Shown here: one piece after another, positions 22,507 through 32,191 of the stretch
Layout of the letters: the number at the start of each line of letters is the position of its first letter
Position numbering within the stretch: the first letter of the stretch is position 1
From: an uncultured Actinomycetes bacterium
GTDB taxonomy: Bacteria; Actinomycetota; Thermoleophilia; RBG-16-64-13
NCBI GenBank assembly: GCA_963816155.1
Contig: CAWFJE010000009.1
Location: forward strand, 118,478-182,477
Reading direction: 5' to 3'
DNA length: 64,000 nucleotides
Translations under genes and position numbers: made by a program
Notes under the pieces: generated by a model
The model's database searches: none
Seen by the model: only the letters and a program-made list of their open reading frames with translations
What the model was told of the DNA's origin: nothing

Positions 22507-24873
22507 ATGAAACTCAAGAGGATCGCGGCCGCCGCATTGGTGGCCGGCGTCCTACTCGCGCTTCTTGCAGGCACTGCGCTTGCGGCGCCGCCTTGGTCAG
22601 ACGCCCCTGACAGCTACTGGACGACCAACTACGGAGTGACCGACACCGAAGTTGGTACCGTGGCCGACGGCTACGAAGACAACACCTTTAGGCCGGCTCT
22701 AGCGGTCAACCGTGGTCAGTTCGCCAAGATGGCGGTCAGCGGCCTGGATCTGGCACCTGTCGACGCACTTGTGCCCACCTTCCTCGACGTGGCCAAGGGC
22801 AGCACCTTCTACACTTTTGTCGAGGGAGCCTACGAGGAGGGTCTGGTAACGGGCTACCCCGTTACGGGGGGGCTTGAATACAGGCCGCTCAACAACATCC
22901 AGCGTCAGCAGGCCAACAGCATCCTTGGGCGGTATCTTTCCGACGCCGAGATCGCAGCCAGCGGGGTTATCCACGGAACCGGCGGCCTCACCTATGGCAG
23001 CCTGGCCTTGTGGTATGCGGCGCAGGGGGCCTTCTACCTGAACGGTTTCGATGACGGGGGCAGCGTCGCCGCCGTCCACCGTCCTGCTACCGCCTATCTC
23101 GTCTATCGCGGCGTCGTCCAGGGCTCCGCGGGCATGCTGAACCCTCTGGCCACACTCACTCGCTCGCAAGCGGCCGTCATGATCCTTCGTGTGGCCGACA
23201 AGGCTGCCGAGATAACCACGGCCCCTCCGGCCCCCATCAACCTGAGCGTCATACCGGCGAGCCCGGGTAAGGACACGACGCCTATCGTGACGGGGCAGAC
23301 CATCCCGGGTGGGATCGTCCATATCTACGATTCGGTGAGCGGAGCCCCGGTGGATCTGTTCGCCGCAGTTCCCGATAATCTGGCGCCCCGAGCGGATGTC
23401 AGCGGGGCGTTCACGGCCAACATCCCGACGTTGACTGACGGCAACCATGTCTTCACGGCCAAAGTGAAGAACGCCAGCGGAATCCTTTCACCCCTCTCCA
23501 CGTCTTCCGCTCCCTATATGCTCGACACCGTCGCTCCCACCGGTGATATCACGGCCCCCGCGATCCAGGGCGAAGAGGACGACGCGGCCGTCGACTCCGC
23601 CAAGCCGACCTTCAGGGTGGTGGCCGAGGATGAGCGCAGCGGTGTGGAGGAAGTGGAGCTCCAAATAGCCCTGGACGAGACCACTCCCGACTGGGTTACC
23701 GTCGACATCGATGACGAGGCGGCCACCGGCGGCGTGTACCAGGCCGTGTGGCCCTCTACAGGTGACCTGGGCAGCGGCCTAGATGACGGTCAGTACCTGT
23801 TTCGCGCCATTGTCAGAGACAATGCGGGCAACTCCGCCACGCTCGATCCCACGCCTGTGACCGTGGATACGAAGGTTCCCACCGTAGCGATTGCCGAGGG
23901 TTCTCTGAAGCCGGTCGCGGCCGACGGCATCTTCTACACGGCCGACCGCAAACCGGAGTTCGGGGCGGTCGCCAGCGATGTCACAGGGGGCGCGGCCGGT
24001 ACCGACCCCAGCGGCATCGTGAAGGTCGATTTCCTCTACGCGCCACTGACACCCGCTCCCGATGAGTGGGCGGACTTTACTCTGATCTCTAGCGATCCGG
24101 GTACCTCGGGCTTCGCCGTCTACCCGCCGGCCGGTATGCCGGACGGTCGGTATCTCTTCGCTGTGCGGGCGACCGACCGCGCGGGGAACCAGAGCCTGCT
24201 CATGACCGGCAGTCCGGCTGCCTACGTGGCGGGAGTCACTGAAGAAGTGGTCATAGACAACGTCGACCCCCAGGGAAACATCACCGCGCCTGCGGCGGGG
24301 TTTGTAATGCAGGCCCAGCCGACGTTCACCGCCGGCGCTTCTGACGCCACGGCGGGCGTGAAGCAGGTGGCCTTCGAGTATGCGACCAGTGGCGCACCGA
24401 CGACGTGGCTGCCGGTCTCCACCGACGACACCGCGCCGTATCAGGCCGCATGGGGCGCGACCTCACTGGTCGACGGCTCCACCTACCACCTGAGGGCGGT
24501 CGTGACAGACAAGAGCGGGCGCATAAGCAACACGGCGTCCGTGATCATCACCGTCGACCTGACCGCCCCGACAGCTTCTATCACGGCACCTGCGGACGAG
24601 GCCACCGTCGACACCGGTCAGCCCACCTTCACAGCCGGCGCCGCGGATGCCGGTGGGAGCGGGGTGAAGCAGGTCGTGTTTCAGTATGCGACGAGCGCCG
24701 CCCCCACTACGTGGCACTCGATCTCGACCGACACAACCGACCCGTACGCTGCCGTCTGGGGCGCCACCTCGCTTGCTGACGGCGACTACCTCCTCCGGGC
24801 CATCGTGACCGACAACGCGGGTAACACCTTCGACATCACGGCGATCGACATCACGGTGAGCATATCGTCGTAG
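22507..24873 (+). CDS. SLH-domain surface protein with tandem bacterial Ig-like domains
   Basis: AGGAGG RBS; signal peptide; SLH region paralogous to the 18540 gene; repeated DG.Y.FRA...D.AGN Ig-like units. Confidence 0.85.
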   Translation: MKLKRIAAAALVAGVLLALLAGTALAAPPWSDAPDSYWTTNYGVTDTEVGTVADGYEDNTFRPALAVNRGQFAKMAVSGLDLAPVDALVPTFLDVAKGSTFYTFVEGAYEEGLVTGYPVTGGLEYRPLNNIQRQQANSILGRYLSDAEIAASGVIHGTGGLTYGSLALWYAAQGAFYLNGFDDGGSVAAVHRPATAYLVYRGVVQGSAGMLNPLATLTRSQAAVMILRVADKAAEITTAPPAPINLSVIPASPGKDTTPIVTGQTIPGGIVHIYDSVSGAPVDLFAAVPDNLAPRADVSGAFTANIPTLTDGNHVFTAKVKNASGILSPLSTSSAPYMLDTVAPTGDITAPAIQGEEDDAAVDSAKPTFRVVAEDERSGVEEVELQIALDETTPDWVTVDIDDEAATGGVYQAVWPSTGDLGSGLDDGQYLFRAIVRDNAGNSATLDPTPVTVDTKVPTVAIAEGSLKPVAADGIFYTADRKPEFGAVASDVTGGAAGTDPSGIVKVDFLYAPLTPAPDEWADFTLISSDPGTSGFAVYPPAGMPDGRYLFAVRATDRAGNQSLLMTGSPAAYVAGVTEEVVIDNVDPQGNITAPAAGFVMQAQPTFTAGASDATAGVKQVAFEYATSGAPTTWLPVSTDDTAPYQAAWGATSLVDGSTYHLRAVVTDKSGRISNTASVIITVDLTAPTASITAPADEATVDTGQPTFTAGAADAGGSGVKQVVFQYATSAAPTTWHSISTDTTDPYAAVWGATSLADGDYLLRAIVTDNAGNTFDITAIDITVSISS
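24280..24860 (+). repeat. Two closely related Ig-like domain repeats of about 100 aa
   Basis: ITAPA...QPTFTAGA.DA..GVKQV.F.YATS.APTTW..STD.T.PY.A.WGATSL.DG occurs twice. Confidence 0.8.
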
Positions 24874-24957
24874 CGCTGACCGGCAGGAGAGGCAGGACGA
24901 CGCTCAGGACCTATCTTGTTGTAGGGTGGTCTGATGGTGCAATGCGGGGCGAGTAGG

Positions 24958-26187
24958 GTGAAGAGAGTCCCGCCGGTGTTGGCGGCGTCGCTGCCGGTGG
25001 TCGTCGTCCTACTCGCTCTGCTCATCGTGCTGCTCGTCCCCGCTGAAGCCCAGGCGGTCACCTACGACACCCAGGAGCTGGAGGCCGTCAGGCTTATCAA
25101 CGAATACCGGCAGAGCTTGGGATTGAACCCGCTCATGGTGTCGGACCTCGTCTCCGACGCCGCCGTGAAGCACAGTACGGACATGGGCACGTACGGCCTC
25201 AACCCGAGCAACCCCCATGTCACTTGGCGGTCTGACTTCTTCCCCGAAGGTTCGAACGCAGGACAGCGCATGGCTATCTGCGGCTATATGAGCGGCATGG
25301 GTTGGGCGGAGATCATCGCCGCGGGACCGCGACTGGCCGCGACGGTCGTCGAAGCATGGAAGAACAGTCCCGATCACGATCGGTGCATGACCGGTTCCTC
25401 CTATAAGGTGATGGGAGTGGGGCTGGTCTACGTGCCCGGCTCGGAGTACCTCTACTACTGGACCATCGACTTCGGCGTCTTCGTCGACAGCACCGCCCAT
25501 TGGGCCACGGATCCGCCATCGTCCACGACCACCTCGACGACGGTTCCTCCTTCTACTACCACGACTACCGTCCGCCTGCCCGACCACCACCACGACGGCC
25601 CTCCTTCCACCACCACGACCACAGGTGCCACGGCCGCCTTCGCGGACGTCAAGCCGAGCCATCCCTTCCACGAAGCTATCACCAGCTTGGCCCAACTCGG
25701 GATCGTCTCGGGCAGCAACGGTCTGTTCCGTCCCGACGCGCTCGTGACACGGGCCCAGTTCGCCAAGATGATAGTCCTGACATTGGGCCGCCACACCGAA
25801 GCCGTCGACAACGCGGCCGACCCGACCTTCCCCGACGTTCCCTACCTCGGAGCCCCGTACCCCTTCGATTTTGTTGAAGAGGGTGGGGCTTTGGCGATCA
25901 TCCAGGGACGCAAAGACGGCACCTTCGGACCGGGTGCGAACGTGACCCGGGCCCAACTGGCCCTGATGTTGGTGCGAGCCGGAGGCGACGATCTCCGCCG
26001 GCCCCCGGAGGGTTTCCCCTGTCCCTTCAGGGACGTTCCAGAATACGCGCGAGAGGCCGTTTCTGTCGCTTACTACAACGAACTCCTGAACGGGAAGACC
26101 GCCACCGCCTTCGACCCGTACAGCGGTGCCACCCGCGGGCAGGTGGCCAAGATGGTGTACGGGCTCTACCGGGCGCTGATCGAATAA
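24958..26187 (+). CDS. CAP/SCP-domain protein with Thr-rich linker and SLH domains
   Basis: LINEYRQSLGL, EIIAAG, WKNSPDH and YWTIDFG motifs; SLH motifs VTRAQFA, VTRAQLA and ATRGQVA. Confidence 0.88.
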   Translation: MKRVPPVLAASLPVVVVLLALLIVLLVPAEAQAVTYDTQELEAVRLINEYRQSLGLNPLMVSDLVSDAAVKHSTDMGTYGLNPSNPHVTWRSDFFPEGSNAGQRMAICGYMSGMGWAEIIAAGPRLAATVVEAWKNSPDHDRCMTGSSYKVMGVGLVYVPGSEYLYYWTIDFGVFVDSTAHWATDPPSSTTTSTTVPPSTTTTTVRLPDHHHDGPPSTTTTTGATAAFADVKPSHPFHEAITSLAQLGIVSGSNGLFRPDALVTRAQFAKMIVLTLGRHTEAVDNAADPTFPDVPYLGAPYPFDFVEEGGALAIIQGRKDGTFGPGANVTRAQLALMLVRAGGDDLRRPPEGFPCPFRDVPEYAREAVSVAYYNELLNGKTATAFDPYSGATRGQVAKMVYGLYRALIE

Positions 26188-26322
26188 CACGGGTTCTCGC
26201 AGCGTCTCCCTGCGAGCGTGCTCCCGACTACCGATGAGCGCTGGCTCCCGCCAGAAACTCCCGCGGCGGGCACCCGCTTGCGTCTGCATTCTACCTAGAC
26301 ACTATTCTTGGACTGCAACGGC

Positions 26323-26350
26323 TAAAGACTGCGGTCATTTCTGCCGACAA
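26323..26350 (+). promoter_or_regulatory. Sigma28/SigD/WhiG-type promoter
   Basis: TAAA-N16-GCCGACAA upstream of the CAP-SLH gene. Confidence 0.6.
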
Positions 26351-26418
26351 ACCTCTTCAGGATCTATTGGCGACCAGGCTTGTCTGGGTTCCGGACCGGA
26401 GTCGGCAGGGGAAGGGCT

Positions 26419-27841
26419 ATGGGTGACTCCCTCCTGATTGACGAAGGACAAGTCTACGTAGAAAGACGAGGACGGCGGTGCCTCCTTCTCGGCATCCTCG
26501 TCATCGCGTCTGCTGCTGCTCGGATCCGTCCTGGCTGCGCCCGCCCAGGCGGTCAGCTACTCGAGCACGGAGATAGCCTTCGTCCAGTTGCTCAATCAGT
26601 ACCGCGTCCAGAACGGGCTGCAGCCTCTCCAGATTTCCGACATGATCTCCGAGGCCTGCGATCGCCACAATTCCGACATGGGCAAGTACAGGTTCTTCGA
26701 CCACTACACGCAAGGCTCGGATTGGTTCGCCGTCGGTGCGAGTCCATGGGACCGCATGGCTGCCAGTGGCTACAACTACAACACCTACAAGGGCGAGAAC
26801 ATCGCCGCGGGCTACTCCACCGCTGAGGCTGTGTTCCAAGGTTGGAAGAACTCCCCCGGTCACAACGCCAACATGCTCGGCGCCAACTTCAAGGTGCTGG
26901 GAGTGTCGCTGGTAGTGGTTGTCGGCTCTCCGTATTCATCCTACTGGACCACGGACTTCGGCGGCTATGTCGACCCGACCGCGCATGAGGTCGGGTCGAT
27001 CTCCACCACCACGACTACCGCGGCACCTACGACCACCACCCAGGCTCCGACAACGACGACTCAGGCTCCCACAACTACCACCCAGGCGCCGACAACAACC
27101 ACGAAGGCACCTACGACCACCACTGCGGCACCGACCACCACGACGACCACCAAGCCGCCGGTAACGACCACCACCACTTCCACTCCGTCTACGACGACGA
27201 CCACCACGACTGCGTACCAGCCGACTACCACCACGCAGCCCAAGCCGACCACTACGACGACGCCTCCCACAACGATACGGCCGACCGCCCCGCCCACCTT
27301 CTCCGACGTGGACGGGTCGACACTCTACGCTGCCGCCATCAATGAGCTGGCCGAGGAGGGAGTGATCGCCGGGTTCAAGGACGGCACCTTCGGTCCCCAG
27401 AAGGCGGTGACCAGGCAGCAGTTTGCCAAGATGATCCTCATCAGCCTGGGTTACGACGTACCCCCGACGACTGTCAGCAGCTTCGGGGACGTGCAAGCGC
27501 AGCCCGACTGCGAGGACTCGCTCTATCCGATCGCGTACGTGGAAGCTTGCGCGCAGGCAGGCATCACTGTGGGCAAGACCGCCACTAGGTTCTATCCGTG
27601 GGACAGCATCACGCGGGCTCAACTGATCACGATGGTGTCCCGGGCCGCCGACCTGCCTGATGTGCCCGCCGGCCTCGTCGCCCCCTTCGCGGACTTCAGC
27701 CCGCAGCACTATCCTTGGGCGCTCAGGGCCTATGCCGCCGGCCTCCTCGACGGCTTCGTGGACATGGGTCGTGACTTCGACTTCTGGGCTCCCGCAACTC
27801 GGGCGGAAGTCTGTCTGTTGCTGTCGCACCTGCTCGACTGA
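26419..27841 (+). CDS. CAP/SCP-domain + Thr-rich repeat linker + SLH protein (frameshift near 26505 in the signal peptide)
   Basis: GENIAAG, WKNSPGHNANML and YWTTDFG motifs; SLH motifs VTRQQFA, ITRAQL and ATRAEV. Confidence 0.85.
27004..27290 (+). repeat. Thr/Pro-rich tandem repeat (APTTTTQ/K, about 21-nt units)
   Basis: TTTTAAPTTTTQAPTTTTQAPTTTTQAPTTTTKAPTTTTAAP. Confidence 0.85.
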
Positions 27842-28165
27842 GAAAGGAAAGCCCTGCGTAGGGACCTCTCGGCCCCACCGGCGTGGCGCTCTATTGGAGG
27901 ACTGTGATAGAGTAGGCGCGTTCCAGCCCGGGAGGGTGCAGATGAGAAGGGTCTTCCGAGACTGAAGCTGAGGGTACGTGTCGAGTCTTTCCGGTCGCTC
28001 CGGCGGGTAGCGGACCTCTCGACCTTCCTCCCGAACGAAATCCACCATCTCTCTTCCGCCGATTCTTGCCGCCTGGGTGGCCTGGCGCCGTGTCCGGCTG
28101 CCGCCACGGTCGAGAGACGTCCCCGGCAGGTGTCTGCAGTTCGACCCCGAAAAGGGTGATTAGAG

Positions 28166-29531
28166 GTGCCGGTGAAGATACCCGTGCGACCAAGCTTCAG
28201 GAGAACAACCAACATCGGAATCAGCACAAGTACAAGTAGGCGGGCCAGCCACCACAGGCGGGCGTTGCTTTGCCGCCTTTTCTTCGTCGTGGTCGGCGCC
28301 CTCCTTGCGCTCGTCGCGCTCGGACCAATCGCGGGCTCGGCTCGTGCGGTTGGCTACAGTGCCGAGGAAGCCGCTTTTGTCAAGCTCATCAACGACTACC
28401 GCGTAAGCAACGGGTTGCAGCCTCTGCTGGTCAGCGACGCACTGTCGGAGGCCGGCGATCGTCACAGCTCGGACATGGGCAAGTACAGGTTCTTCGATCA
28501 CTACACCCAAGCATCGGATTGGTTCGCCGTCGGTGCGACGGCATGGGACCGCATGGCCGCCAGTGGCTACAGCTACAACACCTACAAGGGCGAGAACATA
28601 GCCGCGGGCTACTCCACGGCTGGGGCCGTCTTCCAGGGCTGGAAGAACTCCGCGGGGCACAACGCGAACATGCTCAGCAGCAACTTCAAGGTGCTGGGGG
28701 TCTCACTCGTGAACGTGAGTGGGTCTCCGTACGTGTCCTACTGGACCACGGACTTCGGCGGCTTTGTCGACCCCACCGCTCACGCGATCGGCTCGGTTTC
28801 TACTACCACCACTGCGGCGCCGACCACGACCACCACCAAGGCACCTACGACCACCACCCAGGCGCCGACCACGACCACCACTGTGGCGCCCGTAACGACG
28901 ACCACATCGACCGCTTCGCCCGCACCCACCACCACGACGAAGGCTCCGCCCGCCACGACGATCACGACCGTCAGTTCCGGCGCCGCCTTCTCCGATGTGG
29001 CACCTACGACACCCTATGCCGATGCCATCGCCCTGCTGGCTGAACGAGGATATTGTGAGTGGCTATCCCGATGGCACCTTCCATCCCGAGCGCGTGATCA
29101 GCAGGCAACAGATCGCCAAGATGCTCGTGCTCACGGCAGGCTATCGGGTCTCCGCTCTGGCACCCTGCGGTTTCGTGGACGTGGCAGCCCGACTCGACGC
29201 CTCCGACCCGCTCTATCCGCGGGCATACATAGCCGCCTGCGTCGCCAACGGAGTCATTTTGGGCAAGACGGCCGACCTCTTCGCCCCTTACGATCCCGTC
29301 ACGCGGGCCCAGATCATCACCATGGTGGCGCGGGCCGCTGGACTGCCGGCCCCGTCCGCGACCTACGTACCACCCTTCGCCGACTTCAGCCCGGATCATT
29401 ATCCCTGGGCAGTGAGGGCCGCCGAGGCTGGGCTGTTGGACGGGCTGCTGGGGATGGGCTCCAACTACGACTTCTGGAGCAACGCCACGCGAGGCGAGGT
29501 CTGTGAGGTCCTCGCCCAACTGCTGCGCTAG
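28166..29531 (+). CDS. CAP/SCP-domain + Thr-rich linker + SLH protein, close paralogue of the 26419 gene (frameshift near 29045)
   Basis: Near-identical CAP domain; SLH part continues in ORF 28995-29531 (ISRQQ, VTRAQ, ATRGEV); start uncertain. Confidence 0.85.
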
Positions 29532-29598
29532 TCGCGCTGCCACGCCGGCAAGTCGGCATGTCGCGAGAACCGGCAAGCGGCGCACGAGCCGCTGTAAT

Positions 29599-29635
29599 AT
29601 GACGTCCCGGAGGCGCGGAGCCTCCGGGAGGTCAT
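29599..29635. terminator. Hairpin between convergent genes (probable bidirectional terminator)
   Basis: TCCCGGAGGC-gcgga-GCCTCCGGGA with flanking ATGAC/GTCAT. Confidence 0.65.
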
Positions 29636-29651
29636 CGGTTCACCTGCCGCG

Positions 29652-30654
29652 CTACTGAGTGGGAACGAATTTCACCGCGTCGGCCACCACGTACCCGTCG
29701 GCTCCCGTCGCCCAGACGCTGATGCTGCCCGTGCCGGTGGCGTAGCCTGAGTTGAAGGAGTAGCGGCCCAACGAGTACCAGACACCGCCGTTGATCCGTT
29801 GGTTGATGTAGCGTTTGAACTGTCCGGCCGCAGTGTTGACGTTCACCTGCACCACTGACGCGCGGTTGGGATTGCTCGTCCAGCGGATGTAGATGTTGTA
29901 GTAGCCGGTGCTGGGAAGCCGTGGCGTCCACCTGGCCCAAGCCGTCGCCGTGGTGGCTGCACAGACCTGGTAGTCGGTGCCGAGGTAGCCGCTGGAGCTC
30001 GTCGACCGTGTCCAGTTGCCGCTCAGGTCAGTCCCGCCGATGCTCTTGGCCGTGGGGTTGTCGAGGACGATGCCGCTGTCGACCACATCGGAGCGGCGCC
30101 GGGGTTGGAACTCGCTGCCCAGGTAGCGGCTGGCGCGGCGGACGCTGAGGCCGGTGCCCGGCGCCTCATAGATGATGGGCGAGTTCCAGGCGTCGCCGCC
30201 CGCGTAGATGACCACGTGGCCCGAGGTGCCGTCGTTCTTGACGAGCACGTCACCTTCGCGGAGTTGCGGAACGGTCCGCGAGGCGGGTCCACGGTCCCAG
30301 ACAGTTGAAGAACTCGTAGCTGGTGTAGCGAGGGGAGATGGTGGTGTTCTCCCCGTCCTCCTCTTGATACAGCAGGGTACGGGGCACCTCCCAGCACTTG
30401 AGGGCGAAGCCGGAGCAGTCTGGTCCAGTGCCCCCACCCTGGTTGGGCGTCCAACTCTCCCTGCCCCAACTGTACATCGCCCCGAGGCCCGACTCGGCGC
30501 GGGCGATGATCTCCGCGCGCGTCATACTGGGGATAGCTGCCTCAGCAGGTGCGACCCAGACACCGCCTGCCAGAACCATCGCGGCGAATCCCGCGGCCAG
30601 GGCGGTAGCCAGGCGGCAACGGCACAGCGCTGCTCTCCTCACGGTGACCTTCAC
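29652..30654 (-). CDS. Secreted NlpC/P60-like cysteine hydrolase with C-terminal golvesin-like/CBM domain (frameshift near 30280)
   Basis: Signal peptide; YSWG...DCSGFA (Cys) and GDVLV...GHVVIY (His); C-terminal WTPRLPSTGYY..YIRW...GYVVADAVKF. Confidence 0.75.
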
Positions 30655-31997
30655 GGCTGAACCTCCTCTGCGGAGGGGAAGGTGTGGACCAGGAGCTTGT
30701 AGCCGGTCTCGTCGGCGATGGGCTGGATGATTCTCCCGTCAGGAGCGACGACATACGGTTGTCCCAGGTAGGTGAAGGCGGAGTCGCTGAGGAGGAGTTC
30801 CTCTGTGACCTTCTGCCCCGCGGAGGCGGCCGAGAGGTCGACGGCTCCTGAGCCTTTCGTGCCGGAGTCGTAGGCCGGGAGATGTGCTACGAGAAGCCCA
30901 GCCGCTGAGCCCTGAGATCCGTCCACTAGCAGCCGGGCTCCAACGATCAGGCCCTCCCTACCGTCACCGTCTATCGACACGAGGTGTTCCAACGCGCGGC
31001 CTCGGGCGATATCGGGAGTGGCCGTACGTCGTTCGACGGCCTTCAGCGTTTGCCGGTCCATGGTGGCTGTTTCTATGCGCAGCCCGCTGCCGGGTCTGAA
31101 GCCGGCCCTCATCGCTCGGCTCGCGCCTCGGTCGAGGGGACGCCCGGGGAGGGTGCGGAGGTTCTTTTTGACTCCGCCGGCCCCGTCGTTCTCGAGGATG
31201 CAGGTGGTCTCGTGGGCGATCTCAACGGCCGGGCCGCTATCCGTGGCGAACAGTCCGGTGACCACATCGTCCAGATTCGGCAGGTCGAAGTGGGCAAGCT
31301 CTTCGCCTGTCCAGGCCAGCGCTACCACTCGTCGGTCGCGGTCGCAGTCGAGAACGAACATGCGCTCGTCGGTAACGGCCACGAAGCGCGGTTCTCCCAG
31401 CGGAACGGCGACGGCGTGGGTGAAGACGCCTGCGGCGTCGAGAAGGACGAGACGTCCGTTGACGGAATCGAGGATGGCGATTCGACCGTCAGGGGCGACG
31501 GCGACGGCCTCCGGTCCTCGAGACAGGCCTTCTCCCGCCTGTAGCAGGCCAACCTGTCCGGGACCGTCTCCCCAGGCGAGTGCGGTGAGAACGGTGCCGG
31601 TGGAGACGGCAGCAGCGGCGGCCGCTGGACTTGCGCCGTCGGCCGACGTCATTTCGGCGGGCATGGGGGTAGGCGGATTTGCGCCCTCGGCCGGAGCCGC
31701 CGTCTCACCCGACACGCCGGCCGTCGTTTCGGGCTCTGCCGGTATCGTCTGCGGGGAACTACCTTCTGCGAGGCTTGTCTGCGGCGCCGCGCCCTCCGCG
31801 CCTAGGACGAAGCCGGGCATCGCGAGTAGGCACGCCATCAACACGCACGCCCAGAGAGCCAGACCGGAGGCGAACATGGTGCGTGCGGGAGCGGCCCGGA
31901 GGCGTCCGACGGCGCCTCTTCTTCGCCGAAGGCGAAGTCGCCATCGTCTTGGCGCTCGGCCACGGCCTTGGCTCGATTGATGGGACGGATGCTTCAT
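30651..31997 (-). CDS. Secreted/membrane-anchored beta-propeller-like protein
   Basis: N-terminal TM segment; WGDGPGQVG and GPEAVAVAPDGRIAILDSVNGR NHL-like blades; AGGAGG RBS; overlaps the next gene (GTGA). Confidence 0.6.
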   Translation of the reverse strand: MKHPSHQSSQGRGRAPRRWRLRLRRRRGAVGRLRAAPARTMFASGLALWACVLMACLLAMPGFVLGAEGAAPQTSLAEGSSPQTIPAEPETTAGVSGETAAPAEGANPPTPMPAEMTSADGASPAAAAAAVSTGTVLTALAWGDGPGQVGLLQAGEGLSRGPEAVAVAPDGRIAILDSVNGRLVLLDAAGVFTHAVAVPLGEPRFVAVTDERMFVLDCDRDRRVVALAWTGEELAHFDLPNLDDVVTGLFATDSGPAVEIAHETTCILENDGAGGVKKNLRTLPGRPLDRGASRAMRAGFRPGSGLRIETATMDRQTLKAVERRTATPDIARGRALEHLVSIDGDGREGLIVGARLLVDGSQGSAAGLLVAHLPAYDSGTKGSGAVDLSAASAGQKVTEELLLSDSAFTYLGQPYVVAPDGRIIQPIADETGYKLLVHTFPSAEEVQP

Positions 31998-32191
31998 GAG
32001 TTCCTCCTTTGGGTCGGAAAACGTGACCCGAGCCTACGGAGGGCCGCCAAGAGGAGACCATGGGACCAAGGATCGGTGTTGGCGACCCTCGCAGTCCGGT
32101 CTGGCCGGGCGGCAAGGGTCGCGCAACAGGCCGTCCGAGGCCTGGTACTGAGGTACACTCTCCGTCCAATGCACGATGCAGGAGGAGCCAG

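Noticed and set aside
26555-28800. CAP near-duplicates as a diversity-generating retroelement TR/VR pair
   Set aside because: Both are full genes, differences are not adenine-specific, and no reverse transcriptase is present
8900-32190. c-di-AMP or c-di-GMP riboswitches upstream of the wall hydrolases
   Set aside because: Consensus elements were not recognisable by eye in the intergenic regions; an Infernal search would be needed
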